Source: Chiloscyllium plagiosum (Eukaryota). Taken from it: a stretch of 20,000 nucleotides of DNA. Below are positions 9,807 to 18,557 of the stretch, in pieces; positions within the stretch are counted from its first letter, which is position 1, and each line of letters begins with the position of its first letter. Below the pieces are notes generated by a model. The model did not search any database. It was not told the origin of the DNA and was given only the letters and a program-made list of their open reading frames with translations. Position numbers and translations under genes: made by a program. The DNA is taken from positions 23,873,438-23,893,437 of the forward strand of contig NC_057749.1 in the NCBI RefSeq assembly GCF_004010195.1. Reading direction: 5' to 3'.

Positions 9807-10465
9807 GGAGAAAAGTGAAATATTGCAGATGCTGGAAATAGGACATAGAACAGAACAGCACTGGAACAGGCCCTTCGGCCCACGATGTTGTGCCGAACAT
9901 GGCACCAAATATGGTCCATATCTCTCCATTCCTTGCATATTCATGCACTTCTCTAAAAGCCCCGTAAACTCCCCTATCGTGTCTGCCTCCAGCACCACCC
10001 CAGCTCCAGACTCCTACCACTCTATGTTTTGAAAAAAAAACCTGTCCCTCACATCTCCTTTGAACTTTCACCCTCTCATCTGAAATGCATGCCCCACATT
10101 ATTAGACATTTCACCTCTCGGGAGAAAACTTCTAAAGCTAAAGCAAATGATGCCAGAAATACTGAGCAGGTCAGGCAGCATTCCTGAAGAGCGAGAAGCA
10201 GAGTTAACGTGACCTTTGATGAGATTTGAGGAAAGTTTGCGTTGTGATAGATTTGGAGCAGGTGAGAGGAGGTGGACGACAGGAGAGAGTTAATGCTGGA
10301 AGGTTTCATGGTTGTGGGCCCAGAGAGTGCTCATGGGAGAAACCAAAGATCAGAAAAACACGAGCAGAGGAGGTGTGAATGGTAGGATATGGAATTGTCT
10401 GAAAGGCAGGGAAGAAAATCGAGGGAAAAGAAAATGAACCAGCAACAAAATGGGGAGAGGAAGTC
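9807..10465 (-). mobile_element. PLE-type terminal region with decayed HHR, interrupted by a CR1 at 9843-10130
   Basis: TTGCAGATGCTGGAAA (to 9840) resumes after the CR1 as ...GAAATACTGAGCAGGTCAGGCAGCAT...GAGTTAACGT/GACCTTTGATGAG, the same architecture as 13965-14090. Confidence 0.6.
9843..10130 (-). mobile_element. CR1 LINE 3' end nested in a PLE remnant
   Basis: ACATAGAACAGAACAGCACTGGAACAGGCCCTTCGGCCCAC tail, plus ORF2-end sequence CTGCCTCCAGCACCACCCC...CACATCTCCTTTGAAC. Confidence 0.85.
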
Positions 10466-10649
10466 AGTGAATGATGCTTGTTAAATGACTGTCCAAGTGT
10501 TTAAGGATTTCCTGAATGAATCTCCACTCCTGGAGCCACAAACTCACTCTGAAAAAGGGAACTGAGCTCTTGTCATTCCTGCTTGGATTGGCACGAAGCA
10601 AGCTGTTCTCTGAGTGGATGGACTTACTTTCTGCTTTCCACCCTCTGTA

Positions 10650-11085
10650 CAATCGCTATCTTTTCTCCTCCTTTGGCTCTGGGCACCTTTATAATGTGTT
10701 CAACTCATTCTCCTCCTCTGTCTGTCTGCAACATAGAACCAAACGTAATTCTCCAACCTCTATCATTTCCAAAGAAGCATCAGATCTGACTCATGGCACG
10801 GTGGCTCACTGGTTAGCACTGCTGCCTCACAGCACCAGGGTTCCAGGTTCGGTTCCAGCCTCAGGCAACTGTCAGGTGAATTGGCCATGCTAAATTGCCC
10901 GTAGTGTTAGGTACATTAGTTAGAAGGAAATGGGTCTGGGTGGGTTACTCTTCGGAGGGTCGGTGTAGACTGGTTGGGCCGAAGGGCCTGTTTCCACACT
11001 GTAGGGAATCTAATCTAATCAAATCAAAACATTCCTCTCTGCACAGACCCATTGAGTTTCTTGAACACCTGTTTATTTTCATGTA
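10650..11085 (+). mobile_element. Decayed PLE-type terminal region split by an HE1 insertion
   Basis: Removing HE1 joins TTCCAAAGAAGCATCAGATCTGACTC to AAAACATTCCTCTCTGCACAGAC..TGAGTTTCT. This parallels the CTGAAGA..GACTCGAAACGTT..CTCTCCACAGA..CTGAGTTTCTCC family at 16961-17070. Confidence 0.5.
10793..11025 (+). mobile_element. HE1 SINE with internal deletion of the V domain
   Basis: A and B boxes present. ACTGTC is fused directly to AGGTGAATTGG. Tail is (AATCT)n-like. Confidence 0.9.
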
Positions 11086-11509
11086 AGTTTTCCTCCTTCC
11101 CTGGTCCAGATGGAGATCCATGTGCTCCGGCTGTACGTTGTCTTCCTACCTTCTCTGAGATTTTCTATAACTCTCTGATTCCGACTGTGAGGCACGATTG
11201 ATTGCTGCCTGGTTCAGTGTTCTGGCAGTGGGGAGAGATTTCCGATGTTTCTCATGAATGGATTGTTCTCGGGCGAGGGAGGGTAATGTGGGGTCAATCA
11301 TGCCCTTTCCCAAAGGCGATGTCAGCTTTCAGATGGCTTCTTCCCATGAGGGCTGGGAGCTGAAGCGGCTCACTGAAAAGGACAAGAGAGAGACATGACC
11401 CTGTCCAAAAGGAGGAATTCCAATGCTCAGTGCACACTGTGGTTGCTTGCCAAAAAAAACGCCCAGGACTGCTCTTGGTTGAAGCTGAACTTTTAACCCA
11501 AACTTGCAG

Positions 11510-12030
11510 TTCACAGAATTGCTACAGCTCAGAAAGAGGCCATTCAGCCCATCATGCTTGCACTGGTTCTCAGAATCCCAACAGTGCAGAAAGAGGCCTT
11601 TCATGCAGCAAGTTCACACCAACCATCCAAAAGGCATCCCACCCAGCCCCTCCACCCTATCCCCATATTTTCCCATGGCTGACCCACACATCTCTGATCA
11701 CTATGGGAAATTTAGCATGGCCAAGCCACCCTAATCTGCACGTCTTTGGACTGTGGGGGGAGACCCACGCAGACACGGGGAGAATGTGCAAACTCCACAC
11801 AGACAGTCACCCAAGGGTGGAATCTAACCTGGGTTCCTGGCGCTGTGAGGCAGCAGTGCTAGCCACTGTGCCATCCCTAGGGTTAACTGCTGAGTGGCAA
11901 TCTCATGCCCTTTCTCCATATCCCAGCACATCATTTCTAACAAGAAATCATCCAGTGCCCCTCTTGAATGTCTCAATTCAACCTACCTCCACCACATTTC
12001 CAGGCAATGCATTCCACACCAGAGCTATTC
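11510..12030 (-). mobile_element. CR1 LINE 3' end interrupted by HE1 (11571-11877)
   Basis: Tail CACAGAATTGCTACAGCTCAGAAAGAGGCCATTCAGCCC on the left. CCTACCTCCACCACATTTCCAGGCAATGCATTCCA on the right. Confidence 0.7.
11571..11877 (-). mobile_element. HE1 SINE (short variant)
   Basis: Reverse-complement HE1 lacking the ACCGGAGCACCCGGAGGAA segment and part of the A-box region. Confidence 0.9.
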
Positions 12031-12129
12031 ACTGAGTGTCATAAAGTCACACTGCGCAGAAACAGACCCTTTAGTCCAAATGGCCCATTTACATGTATTT
12101 GGCCCATATCCCTCTAAACCTTTCCAATT

Positions 12130-12417
12130 GGGGCAGCATAGTGGCTCAGCACTGCTGCCTCATAGCGCCAGGGACCCGGGTTTGATTCTACCAACTGTCT
12201 GTGTGGAGTTTGCACATTCTCCCCGTGCCTGCAAGGGTTTCCTCCTACCATCCAAAGATGTCAGGTCAGGTGAATTGGCCATGCTAAACTGCCCATAGTA
12301 TTAGTCAGGGGTAAATATAGGGTAGGGGCATGGATCTGGGTGGATTACTCTTCGGAGGGTCGGTGTGGACTTGTTGGGCTTAAGGACCTGTTTCCATACT
12401 ATAAGGAATCTAACCTA
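12130..12417 (+). mobile_element. HE1 SINE with small internal deletions
   Basis: GGGCAGCATAGTGGCTCAGCACTG head, V domain, and tail AAGGAATCTAACCTAA. Confidence 0.9.
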
Positions 12418-12839
12418 AAAAAGTTGATGTACCAGTCCAAATGTCTATTAAATCTTGTATCTGTACCTGCCTCTACCATGTCCTGTGACAGTTTATTCCA
12501 TACATATCCAACGCTCCGTGTGAAAATGTTGCCCGTTTTAAATCTTTCCCCGTTCACCTTGATCTTGTGCCCTCTACTTTTGGACTCCCCCATCAGGGGA
12601 AAAGACCTTTGCTATCCACCTTATCTATTCCCCTCATGTTCTTTTAACCTCCATAAGCTCACCCCTCAGTCTCCTACACTCCAGGGAAAAGAAATCCCAG
12701 CCTCTCCTGCGAGCTCAAACCCTCCAGTCCTGGCGACATCCTTGTAAATCATTTCTGCACCCTTTCCAATTTAATAATATCCTTTCTAAAGTAGTCATGT
12801 GTGAATTTTAACTTTCTAAAGTAGGGTGACCAGAATTGT

Positions 12840-13033
12840 CAAAAAACAAATGAGGACTGCAGATGATGGAGATCAGAGTCGAGAGTGTGGTGCTGGGAAA
12901 CCACAGCAGGGCAGGCAGCATCCGAAGAGCAGGAGAATCGACATTTCCAGTGCCACAAGTTTCGACTCTCATCTGCAGTCCTCACTTTATGCCCGAAATG
13001 TTGATTCTTCTGCTCCTCGGAAGCTGCCTGACC
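12840..13033. mobile_element. Rearranged PLE-derived fold-back insertion with 13-bp TSD
   Basis: Same family as 13965-14162. Flanked by TGACCAGAATTGT at 12827-12839 and 13034-13046. Confidence 0.82.
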
Positions 13034-13326
13034 TGACCAGAATTGTAGTCAGTATTCCAAAAGTGGCCTAACCAATGTCTTGTACAAGCTGTAGCATGAT
13101 ATAATTACATTTACTTTACTTGCACATTACTTTAAATCTATGCCTTCTCATTTTTGTTTTCTTTTACAATTGGGAGCAGCTTCCCCCATGTACTCCTGTG
13201 CAAGCCACAGTCCAATACTTCTCCCAATATGTGCAGATTTGAGAAGTTAAAGTCGTAACCAATGTAGTTCTCCCAAACATAAGTCACTTTCCTCTCATTC
13301 TCAAAAGCACTAAACGTTGTTCGATT

Positions 13327-13583
13327 ATAAACAAACGAGAAAACAAGAATTGCTGGAGAAACCTAGCAGGCCTGGTAATATCTGTGTGGAGAGAAAGAGA
13401 CTGCGGCTTGAGCCCTCTTTCCATTCCCCAGAACATACCTCCTCCGAGTTCTGAAGAAGGGCCACTGGACTTGAAATGTTATCTTTGTCTCTCTCTCTCC
13501 ACAGATGCCACCAGATCCACCAAGCCCCCCCCCCTTGCGACCCCAGTCTTTCAGATCTCCAACACGCGCAGTTCGTTGTTTTA
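13327..13583 (+). mobile_element. PLE-derived fold-back insertion with HHR motif and 10-bp TSD
   Basis: Left arm TGCTGGAGAAA..TCTGTGTGGAGAGAAAGAGA is inverted relative to right arm TCTCTCTCTCCACAGATG. TSD TTGTTCGATT (13317-13326) / TTGTTCAATT (13584-13593). Confidence 0.72.
13446..13482 (+). ncRNA. Degenerate minimal hammerhead motif
   Basis: GAGTT-CTGAAGA-a-GGGCC actg GACTT-GAAATGTT. Core boxes are present; helix II and the ACGT palindrome are mutated. Confidence 0.55.
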
Positions 13584-13739
13584 TTGTTCAATTGCCAACT
13601 GAGCTCCTTTCAAATATAGAAGCCATTTGGGCTTGGAAGATCGCTTTGGAGAGCACTTCCTGTGTGCTTCACTGATAGGAGGGAAAAAAAGTCTTAAAAA
13701 CCTAATCCTACAATTTTTGTTCCTTTGAATCCTACCCTC

Positions 13740-13817
13740 AAAAAATGGCCCAGCGCATTTAGTTAGTGTAGGGCGACAAATACTGGCAATACTCACGTCC
13801 CTGTGAGGAATTAAAAG
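13740..13817 (+). mobile_element. Decayed 3' tail of the second SINE family or its partner LINE
   Basis: AAATGGCCCAGC..TAGGGCGACAAATACTGGC..ACTCACGTCCCTGTGAGGAATTAAAA resembles 14845-14890. Confidence 0.45.
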
Positions 13818-13964
13818 ATGGCACTGAAACTGGCCTGCTCTTTATCACATCACTTTGTGGGAGGTAGCAGCGTGCAAACTGGTTGTCAGATTCCACAAAG
13901 TGCGCACCACTCTTCAAACAACTCTTCAAAAAAAAGTATTTATTGGCTATATCATAGATTGGGA

Positions 13965-14162
13965 GAAAGTGAGGACTACAGATGCTGGAGATCAGAGTCG
14001 AGAGTGTGTTGCTGGAAAAGCACAGCAGGTCAGGCAGCATCCGAGGAGCTGGGGAATAGACGTTTCGGGCATAAGCCCTTCATCAGGAACATTCCTGAAA
14101 TGTTGATTCTCCCGCTCTTTGGATGCTGCCTGACCCACTGTGCTTTTCCAGCACCACACTCG
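13965..14162 (-). mobile_element. PLE-derived fold-back insertion with 16-bp TSD
   Basis: About 14000-14065 and 14097-14163 are inverted repeats. TSD ATATCATAGATTGGGA (13949-13964) / ATATTGTAGATTGGGA (14163-14178). Confidence 0.85.
14059..14086 (-). ncRNA. Minimal hammerhead ribozyme core, intact
   Basis: Minus strand reads CTGATGA-A-GGGC-TTAT-GCCC-GAAAC-GTC: both catalytic boxes, a perfect 4-bp helix II, palindromic ACGT helix III and a GUC triplet. Confidence 0.8.
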
Positions 14163-14567
14163 ATATTGTAGATTGGGATTTTTTGAAAAGGTACTAGTTA
14201 AATGCACCTTCTTTCTAGAACAAACCTGCAGTGGCTCATTTGATTTGAATCTCCCTAACTAGCAATTTTTGTCTCCTATGTAATCCCCTGATGTGAGACT
14301 AATTCTTACCCTTTAAGATTCATCTATTCCCCTTGTGTCTCACCCTGCAAGGAGTATTGAGTTGGATGTACCTCTTAGTTGGTGATTGTGTTAATTGTTA
14401 GTCAGATGGATTGCTGTGAATTCTTTTATTTCAGTTGGGAATAAGATGACTTAAGGGAGCTGATTGTTCTCAGTTCCAAGCTTTTATCTAATCCCTTCTT
14501 GAAGCATCGACACATCTGTTTTCAAAGGTTGTGGTCAATGAGGTTTGAAGCGAGTGCGACAGAATCT

Positions 14568-14890
14568 GGGCAAGGCATAGGTGGATGATCGCTTGTCTTT
14601 TAATCCAGCGTCCAAGGTGATGTTCTGGTGACCTGGGTTTGAATCCTGTCACGGCAGATGGTGGAATTTAAATTCAATAAAAATCTGGACTCGAGTCCAC
14701 TGCTGACCATGAACCCATTGTCGATTGTTGGAAAAACCCATCCGGTTCACGCATGCCCTTTACTGTGGAAAACTGTCTGGTCTGACCTACGTGTGGCTCC
14801 AGTCCCACAGCATTGTGGTTAACTTAACTGCCCTCTGGGAAAATTAGGGCAATAAATACTGGTCCAACCAGTGATGAATAATTAAAAAGA
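14568..14890 (+). mobile_element. tRNA-derived SINE, second family
   Basis: B box GGGTTTGAATCC, core GGCAGATGGTGGAATTTAAATTCAATAAAAATCTGG, and tail TAGGGCAATAAATACTGG..TGAATAATTAAAA. Confidence 0.82.
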
Positions 14891-15204
14891 ATTGAGCATT
14901 ACCGCGATGTATTGATCTGCTTAAAATTATTGGGTGCTGATCTTTGTCGAGCAGGGAGAGCAAATGCAGATCATTCTTGGGCCACAAGATGGGTTCAAGG
15001 CCAGCGTTGCTCTTGGCAACATGGCGTAACTCTCTGAACTTGAGAAAATTGACCTGTTTCTACAGAGTGAGCGAATATTCAAACAGAGCACATTATCAGA
15101 GCTTTATGGAAACTTTAATGAAAAATCGGGTTGGATTATTACACACTGACATAAAATCAATGGGAGTTATCACTGCCTGTGCGTGTGCTTCTATTCACAG
15201 ACTG

Positions 15205-15560
15205 TAGAATTACTGTAGCGCAGAAAAAGGCCATACTGCTATCGTTGCTATGCTAGCTGTCCGAATGAATACTTTCAGGAATCCCATTCCCCTGCTTTCT
15301 GCCCATGACCCTACATATTCTGTCTTTGTGAAATGATATTCAAACTGTGTTTCAAATAGAAATGTGTTCCCTACGCACTCTCACAGGCTGTACTTTCCAG
15401 ATCCTTAAAACCTGCTGCACAAAAATATTTTTTCTCAAATTGTTTTTACTTCTTTGACCAATTATTTTCAATCCATGCCGTCTTGTTCTTGATGCTTTGA
15501 CAAATGACAACAGTTTCCCTCCCTGTTGGTTCTGCCTTTATGGTTTTCAATACTCCTGTC
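15205..15560 (-). mobile_element. Old CR1 LINE 3' end
   Basis: TAGAATTACTGTAGCGCAGAAAAAGGCCAT tail, then TTCCAGATCCTTAAAACCTGCTGCACAAAAATATTTTTTCTC. Confidence 0.65.
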
Positions 15561-15647
15561 TGATCTCTGAGTTGTTCACCCATGGCTGTTTTGAACTGGA
15601 TTGAAAATTACCTGACTGGCAATGATAGGATGCTTTGAAGGTCTGGA

Positions 15648-15697
15648 TCAAATAAACTTGTTGGACTATAACCTGCTATCGTGTGCCTTTTGACTCT
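15648..15697 (+). repeat. Short fragment of another PLE-type terminal repeat
   Basis: CAAATAAACTTGTTGGACTATAACCTG..GTGTG..TTTTGACT resembles, from memory, a common shark repeat that lies downstream of an HHR. The HHR itself is absent here. Confidence 0.4.
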
Positions 15698-15802
15698 CGC
15701 TTTTCCTTACAGCTTTTCTTAAATAATGGCACCATGTTAGCCAACCTCCAGTTTTCTGGCACCTCACCCATGGCTATCGATGATACAAGTATCTCAGCAA
15801 GG
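15698..15802 (-). mobile_element. CR1 ORF2 fragment (start of the RT domain)
   Basis: Minus strand translates without stops as LAEILVSSIAMGEVPENWRLANMVPLFKKSCKEK, matching the CR1 motif GEVP.DW..ANV.PLFKKG. Confidence 0.85.
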
Positions 15803-16557
15803 TGAGGGGATACTTAATGAATTGCAGGACCTGGATACCTTACAGGAACAGAGGAATCATGGGTCATTATTCACAAATCGCTGAAGTCAGCAGAGCATGC
15901 GAATAGGATAGTTAAGGCGGCATATGGGACACTTGCTTTCATAAGTCATGGCATAGAGTATAAGAGCAAGGAAGTAATGTTGGCGTTGCACAGGGTGTTG
16001 GTTTGGCCACAGCTGGATAATGTGTGCAGTTCTGGTCACCTCACTACAGGAAGGATGGGATAACAGTAAAGGGGATACAGAGGAAGTTCACCAGATGTTG
16101 CCTGGGATGGAGAGACTGAGCTATAAGGAGAGACAAGATAGGCTTGGATTGTTTTCTTTAGAGCAGAAAAGACTGAGGGGGGGTGGTGACATGACTGAGG
16201 AGTCTAAGATTATGAAGGGTATGGACAGGGGCAATAGAGAGCAGCTGTTCCCCTTGGTTGAGGGGTCAGTCACAAGAGGGCATAGTTTTAGGGCAAGGAT
16301 CAGGAGATGGGTAAATTTGAGGAAATCTTTTTTTCACAGCAGGTGGTTGGAATCTAGAATATGCTGCCCAAGGAGGTCGTGGAGGCTGGAAACATAACAA
16401 CCTTTCAAAAGCTATTTGGACAAGCACTTGAAAGATCATAACACTCAAGGATATGGAGCAAGTGCAGGGAACTGGGGTTAGCGCACCTTTTGTGGTAGTT
16501 TTGACAGTGCAGACTTGATGGGCCAAAGGGCCTTTTCTGCACTGTTTGGCTCTATGG
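15803..16557 (+). mobile_element. CR1/HER1-like LINE, 3' ~750 bp (frameshifted ORF2 end plus 3'UTR)
   Basis: VKAAYGTLAFISHGIEYKSKEVMLALHRVLVWPQL, then MLPGMERLSYKERQDRLGLFSLEQKRLRG..VTRGHS. Ends with GATGGGCCAAAGGGCC..CACTGTTTGGCTCTATG. Confidence 0.92.
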
Positions 16558-16561
16558 ATAT

Positions 16562-16853
16562 TTTTTATCATTTACTCATTCACGGGATGAGGACGTCACT
16601 GCCTAGGCCAGCATTTATTGCCCATCCCTAATTGTCCAGAGGGCAGTTAACAGTCAACCACATACCTGTGGGTATGGAGTCACATGTAGGCCAGACCCAG
16701 GTAAGAATGACAGTTTGCTTCCCTAAAGAACATGAGTGACCCAGATGGGGTTTTCCAACAATTGACAATGGTTTCATGGTCATCATTAATTCCAGATTTT
16801 TATTGAATTTAAATTCCCCCATCTGCTGTGGCGGGATTCGAACCCAGGTCCTC
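16562..16853 (-). mobile_element. tRNA-derived SINE, second family
   Basis: CATTCACGGGATGAGGACGTCACTG..GCATTTATTGCCCATCCCTAATTG.. through to the B box GGGATTCGAACCC. Confidence 0.85.
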
Positions 16854-16960
16854 AAGTCATCACGAATATGTGTGGCCTCTCCTTCTAACTCGAGCCTTCC
16901 AGCCTCAGGGAACCGAGATAGAAAACCCGTGAAGAAAACGGAGATGAAATATGAGTGAAT

Positions 16961-17070
16961 GTCCTGAAGACGAGTGGGACCAGACTCGCGACGTTAGATC
17001 GGTTTCTTTCTCTCCACAGATGCTGCCAGACCTGCTGAGTTTCTCCAGCACATTGCGTTGTGTTTCTGAC
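16961..17070 (+). mobile_element. PLE-type terminal fragment with inactivated HHR
   Basis: CTGAAGA-c-GAGT..ACTC-GCGAC-GTT (GAAAC mutated), followed by TCTCTCCACAGATGCTGCCAGACCTGCTGAGTTTCTCCAGCA. Confidence 0.7.
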
Positions 17071-17935
17071 TCCACCCTCTCCACCCTTTGAACTCAGACT
17101 CTGTTCTGGTGTTGCTGGCCACAGTCCGGGCTCTGTGTGGAGCAGAGTGATTTTTGGAATTGGCGCGTGGTCCCACCACTGCTGCTCTGGCCTGTCCCTT
17201 TTGGCCGGGATGTCATCGGAAGTCTTGCTATTTTTATTGGACAGGTAGTCGGATGAGGGAAGAGCTCAACGTATGCCATAAAAAGAGCTCACGTTAAATC
17301 ATCAGGAGCAGTGCCATCAATTTTGCCAGTCAGTGGATATCAGATAGCACCTCCGCGCCCCACCAGCGCTTGCTGTGCTGTCATCGTTGTGGGAAGAGTC
17401 TCGGCATTTTAATGACGGATAGGAAGCTGCAGGGGGAAAAATGGGCATTCCTCAAGATACTTGAACATTTGGCCATCTCTGAGGAATTAAAGGATTTTTC
17501 TTTCCACTACAACTGTCTCTTCTTCCCCTCTCCGCGCCCCCCCCCAACTCGCCCCTAAAATTTCAGCCACTGCCCTTTAGCTCTGGCAGAATCTAAAACA
17601 TTCAGCAATTTCGAGCACTTGGACGGTGGGGGAGGGAGGGATAGTGGATAAAGAATCCTTTCTGTTTGGCTGGGAGCCAGAGATTGCAGTTGGTCCTGTC
17701 AGTTTGTGCTTGGGAGAGGGCAGTGAGCAGCAAGATTCCCAGCTCATCCTGGCATTCCCCCAACCCATTGGCAACGATTAATCTCCAGTGTCTTGAAACC
17801 AGCCCGGCTTCCTGCAGCTAACTTTTGAATTGAAGCGAGTTTTGATTTGCAGGTTATGTGTCTCCTGAGGCTTCCTTTTATTTCAGATTATTTAGCATCG
17901 GCGATGCAGCCTTCGTTAGAAATTTATTTGGTTAG

Positions 17936-18231
17936 TTTCCATACAGTGTGGAAACGGGCCCTTCGGCCCAACCAGTCCACACCGACCCTCCGACCCAGCC
18001 CCATTTCCCTCTGACTAGTGCGCCTAACACTATGGGCAATTTAGCATGGCCAATTCACCTGACCTGCACAGCTTTGGACTGTGGGAGGAAACCGGAGCAC
18101 CCGGAGGAAACCCACGCAGACACTGGGGGAATGTGCAAACTCCACACAGATGGTCACCCGAGGCTGGAATCGAACCCGGGATCCTGGTGCTGTGAAGTAG
18201 CAGTGCTAACCACTGAGCCACCGTGCCACCC
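17936..18231 (-). mobile_element. HE1 SINE, near full length
   Basis: Reverse-complement tail TACAGTGTGGAAACGGGCCCTTCGGCCC through to head AACCACTGAGCCACCGTGCCACCC. Confidence 0.93.
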
Positions 18232-18424
18232 TGAGCCTTTTTTCTTTGCTGTTAATTTATTGCTACGGATGTGCCCCTTGCTTGTTGTTACTGATCGGAA
18301 TTGGAACACTTCCTCCATTTAGCACAAACAATGTTGGCATCGCTCACTACCAGTGTCGAGTGGGCTGCTGCAAAGTAAATCTCTGCCCACTGTCCTCCAA
18401 ACAAAGGCCTCATGATTTGATTCA

Positions 18425-18500
18425 GAGTTGTAGAGGCCTACAAAATGGAGACAGGCCCTTTTGTCTAAAATCGGTCTGTGCCGACCAAAATGTCCATCCA
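18425..18500 (-). mobile_element. Very short CR1-type 3' tail
   Basis: AGAGTTGTAGAGGCCTACAAAATGGAGACAGGCCCTT..GTCTGTGCCGACC resembles the tails at 1905 and 9845. Confidence 0.5.
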
Positions 18501-18557
18501 AGGGAACTCCATTTTGATTTTATTATTGTCACGTGTACTGAAGTACAGTGAAATGTA

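Larger units (their letters stand above)
12036..13100 (-). mobile_element. CR1/HER1-like LINE 3' region, interrupted by HE1 and a PLE fold-back
   Basis: Tail at 12036-12128, resumes at ~12425. ORF 12399..12593(-) gives SRGHKIKVNGERFK..IFTRSVGYVWNKLSQDMVEAGT..RFNRHLD. Continues to 12839, then 13034-13100. Confidence 0.88.

Noticed and set aside
11430..12035. Longest ORF (201 aa) and similar ORFs 4915..5145, 17948..18322 and 18681..18947 sharing MGNLAWP..CKLHTDSHPR
   Set aside because: These are antisense read-throughs of HE1 SINE copies, not a gene family.
13965..14162. Fold-back elements as MITEs or miRNA precursors
   Set aside because: The arms are asymmetric, TSD lengths vary (8-16 bp) and HHR motifs are present, which fits PLE derivation better. 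There is no expression evidence for a miRNA.
18510..18555. Possible Rex1-like LINE tail (TTTATTATTGTCACGTGTACTGAAGTACAGTGAAA)
   Set aside because: Only ~45 bp and single-copy here, too short to assign.
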